Source: a virus
DNA length: 64,000 bases
IMG/VR virus record: IMGVR_UViG_3300045988_155525
Strand: one strand, 5' to 3'
In this document: positions 61,983 through 64,000 of the stretch, in pieces
How positions within the stretch are numbered: the stretch's first letter is position 1
Layout: each line of letters opens with the position of its first letter
The notes under the pieces: generated by a model
Databases searched by the model: none
What the model was told of the DNA's origin: nothing
The model's input: only the letters and a program-made list of their open reading frames with translations
Program-made: the position numbers and the translations under genes

Positions 61983-62615
61983 ATGGCAAGAGGTATAAAA
62001 AGAGTTTCTGAAAAACAATGGGAAAGGTATAAAAAAATCATTACTGATTTTATAGATGTTGATGCTGGTAAACAACCATTTCTATGGCTCAATAAGATTG
62101 CTCAACCTCTTGCTTATGGTGAAGATAGTGGTGCAAAATATATACCCACTCAATTGGATGGTTTGTTCCAATACAATTATATAAGGACCTGGCCTACAAA
62201 TAAACCCACAATTTCAGGTGAAACTGATAATTCCAATACTATACTATATATTTCGGCTAATCTCTTAAGAAAGAATAGGTTTCTAGATATTTATGGATAT
62301 TGGGACTTTAATTGGTCAGAGGATAGATTTATATTAAATGGTAAAGTTTATAAACCAGATGGAGATACTCAAGTAGCTCAAGCTAGTAATGAAGCCTTAT
62401 TATTTTTTATAATACTATCCAGAGAAGATGAGGAAGAGTCTAGAAGGATATTAGAAACCTATGCTAATCAAATAAGGGTAGTAAATAATGATGGTATTTG
62501 GTTAATAGATTCAGAAGGTAATAAGATAAAAGATATATGTAACTTACCAATAAAAGTTACTGGGGAGCCCAATATACCATGTGTATGTACTAAAGATGGT
62601 GTAATAATATATTAA
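61983..62615 (+). CDS. Hypothetical structural-module protein
   Basis: 210-aa ORF in the head-tail joining region. Confidence 0.6.
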   Translation: MARGIKRVSEKQWERYKKIITDFIDVDAGKQPFLWLNKIAQPLAYGEDSGAKYIPTQLDGLFQYNYIRTWPTNKPTISGETDNSNTILYISANLLRKNRFLDIYGYWDFNWSEDRFILNGKVYKPDGDTQVAQASNEALLFFIILSREDEEESRRILETYANQIRVVNNDGIWLIDSEGNKIKDICNLPIKVTGEPNIPCVCTKDGVIIY

Positions 62616-62629
62616 TTTATATAAGAGAT

Positions 62630-63754
62630 ATGGCTGAATGTAATTGTACAGAACCATCACTTAATTATACAGTAGATGAGTTAAATAAAATATTAGCTGA
62701 TGGTTTAATAAATTGTTCCATACGATATCTAAACCCATGTTGTGATAACAATTTATTGAAATTAACTTTAAGTGATGCTATAGTATTAGTACCAGAAAAA
62801 GAACGTACTCCAGGTAGATTGATTACTTTTTTAAATAAAAGTGATAAACCTGAGTTATGGATATTTGGGGGTAAATCTGCAGTTAATTGGCTTGATATTG
62901 GTAGTTGGATAAGTATTCCAACTTCTTCTACTTATGATGATATCTATAGTAGATTAACTTTATTAGAAAAAGGGTTAGGTGATGAATCAACCAATAGAGT
63001 AAATGCAGATAATGCTCTACAATCTCAAATAAATTCTATAATTGATAATCCTAATATAAGTGTAGAAGCTTTAAATCAAGCTTTGAACAAGGAAATTCAG
63101 GATAGGATTAATGGAGATAGTGGTCTTAGGATATACTTAACACAACTAATTCAAGATACTTCAACTACCTTTCAAGGTAAGTTAGATGAAGAAAAAGCTG
63201 AGAGGGTAAAAGAAGATGATAGGCTTGAATCCTACATTAAAAAATTAAATCCTCCAGGAGATAACCAAGTATTTATATCATCTTCCACTATAAGAGGTAT
63301 AGAGGTAGTTACAGAAATCCCATTAGTAGAGGATAACATAATGTATTGTCAATATGAACCGTTACCAGATAAAGCTACCTATAATTTTTATGTAGAGTTT
63401 GAAAGTGTACCAGTTAATAATAAACCCATAAATGGTAATGTAACTTTATATACCATTTTGATAGGTAAAGAGGGTGTAAATAGAGTAAGAGTTTTGTTTG
63501 GTACTACTAACAAACCAGATGATTCTCAGGTTACCGGGTATGCTTATGATTCTACTGGTACAAAATATGATTTTATAGACCAAGGTTATTGGGGTCCTCC
63601 CAATGGTTTTAATATCCCAGTAGAGTATAATGAAACTACTCCATTTGTTATGAATTTTAGCAAACCAGGTAAATATTCATTATATTTTAAATTGATAGAA
63701 ATAGATACAGGTAAACCTATAAGTGAAAAGATTATGGATGTAGATGTGAGTTAA
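62630..63754 (+). CDS. Hypothetical structural-module protein
   Basis: 374-aa ORF with a central coiled-coil-like segment (NRVNADNALQSQINSIIDN...). Confidence 0.6.
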   Translation: MAECNCTEPSLNYTVDELNKILADGLINCSIRYLNPCCDNNLLKLTLSDAIVLVPEKERTPGRLITFLNKSDKPELWIFGGKSAVNWLDIGSWISIPTSSTYDDIYSRLTLLEKGLGDESTNRVNADNALQSQINSIIDNPNISVEALNQALNKEIQDRINGDSGLRIYLTQLIQDTSTTFQGKLDEEKAERVKEDDRLESYIKKLNPPGDNQVFISSSTIRGIEVVTEIPLVEDNIMYCQYEPLPDKATYNFYVEFESVPVNNKPINGNVTLYTILIGKEGVNRVRVLFGTTNKPDDSQVTGYAYDSTGTKYDFIDQGYWGPPNGFNIPVEYNETTPFVMNFSKPGKYSLYFKLIEIDTGKPISEKIMDVDVS

Positions 63755-63765
63755 ATCTTAATAAT

Positions 63766-63990
63766 ATGGCAAACCCTTTAAACCACATAGTAGTAGGTAA
63801 GAGGAAAGTAGCATTATTTATTTTAAATAAAAGATATGTTTCTAGAATATATATGAATAAGATTTGTATATATGAAAAAGGAGATATATCTAAGCTTTCA
63901 TTGGAAAAGGAGATTATTTTTCTTAACAAAGAAAATGATTTTCAAGACACAAATCAAGTATTTACTAATACAGAATTTTCTGTAAAATAA
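63766..63990 (+). CDS. Hypothetical protein
   Basis: 74-aa ORF at the window edge. Confidence 0.45.
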   Translation: MANPLNHIVVGKRKVALFILNKRYVSRIYMNKICIYEKGDISKLSLEKEIIFLNKENDFQDTNQVFTNTEFSVK

Positions 63991-64000
63991 AAAAAAAAAT

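Noticed and set aside
53773-63929. Antisense ORFs within terminase, portal, protease, capsid and later structural genes (53773-54111, 55117-55320, 56710-56928, 57316-57519, 58302-58559, 58731-58922, 59280-59480, 59877-60083, 61659-62075, 63732-63929)
   Set aside because: All are embedded antisense in long co-directional structural genes with no independent signals. Even the 138-aa ORF 61659-62075 spans a + strand gene junction.
1-64000. Search for lysogeny or mobile-element hallmarks (integrase, CI-like repressor, transposase, reverse transcriptase/DGR, toxin-antitoxin pairs)
   Set aside because: No ORF showed recognisable integrase, transposase or reverse-transcriptase motifs by eye, and there is no template/variable repeat pair typical of DGRs. 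The only clear selfish element is the terminase intein.

Overview
The window is a visibly AT-rich stretch (roughly 30% G+C by eye, not computed) coded almost entirely on the + strand. It reads as most of the genome of a virulent-type, contractile-tailed dsDNA phage. Expression signals look Bacteroidota-like: repeated TAnnTTTG -7 boxes and no Shine-Dalgarno motifs before start codons.

Gene order:
- 58-12507: tail tube, tail chaperone with a -1 frameshift, tape measure, baseplate genes (LysM/X-like, D-like hub, V spike, W/gp25, J, I-like) and an amidase endolysin.
- 12583-13236: a lone minus-strand sigma-like gene.
- 13.4-35.2 kb: replication, recombination and nucleotide metabolism. This includes a DnaB-like helicase, primase, SF2 helicase, trimeric dUTPase, an all-alpha NTP pyrophosphatase-like protein, ThyA plus two more ThyA-fold paralogs, tRNA-Gln and tRNA-Leu, and a family A DNA polymerase. 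It also holds GroES-like and SSB-like proteins, RecA-like, FEN, a dNK-like kinase, Mre11/Rad50-like, a resolvase-like nuclease, and NusG-like and HTH proteins.
- 35.2-47.5 kb: about 25 small genes of unknown function, arranged as promoter/terminator-bounded cassettes that share one conserved promoter-leader element.
- 47.8-50.8 kb: a nearly ORF-free, repeat-rich region containing a GC-rich island.
- 50.8-52.6 kb: a minus-strand cassette of small membrane proteins and a divergent C5-methyltransferase-like gene.
- 53.5-64 kb: terminase large subunit interrupted by an HNH-type intein, portal, protease/scaffold, capsid and further structural genes.

No integrase, repressor, CRISPR array or rRNA was seen.

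The most interesting signals:
- the three tandem ThyA-fold genes with dual dUTPases, which suggest DNA base modification;
- the repeat-rich non-coding region with its GC island;
- the duplicated promoter-leader cassettes;
- the terminase intein;
- the unusual Pu/Py-alternating GC palindrome with interleaved inverted repeats upstream of the packaging genes.

All family assignments rest on motif recognition by eye. No database search or folding computation was run.
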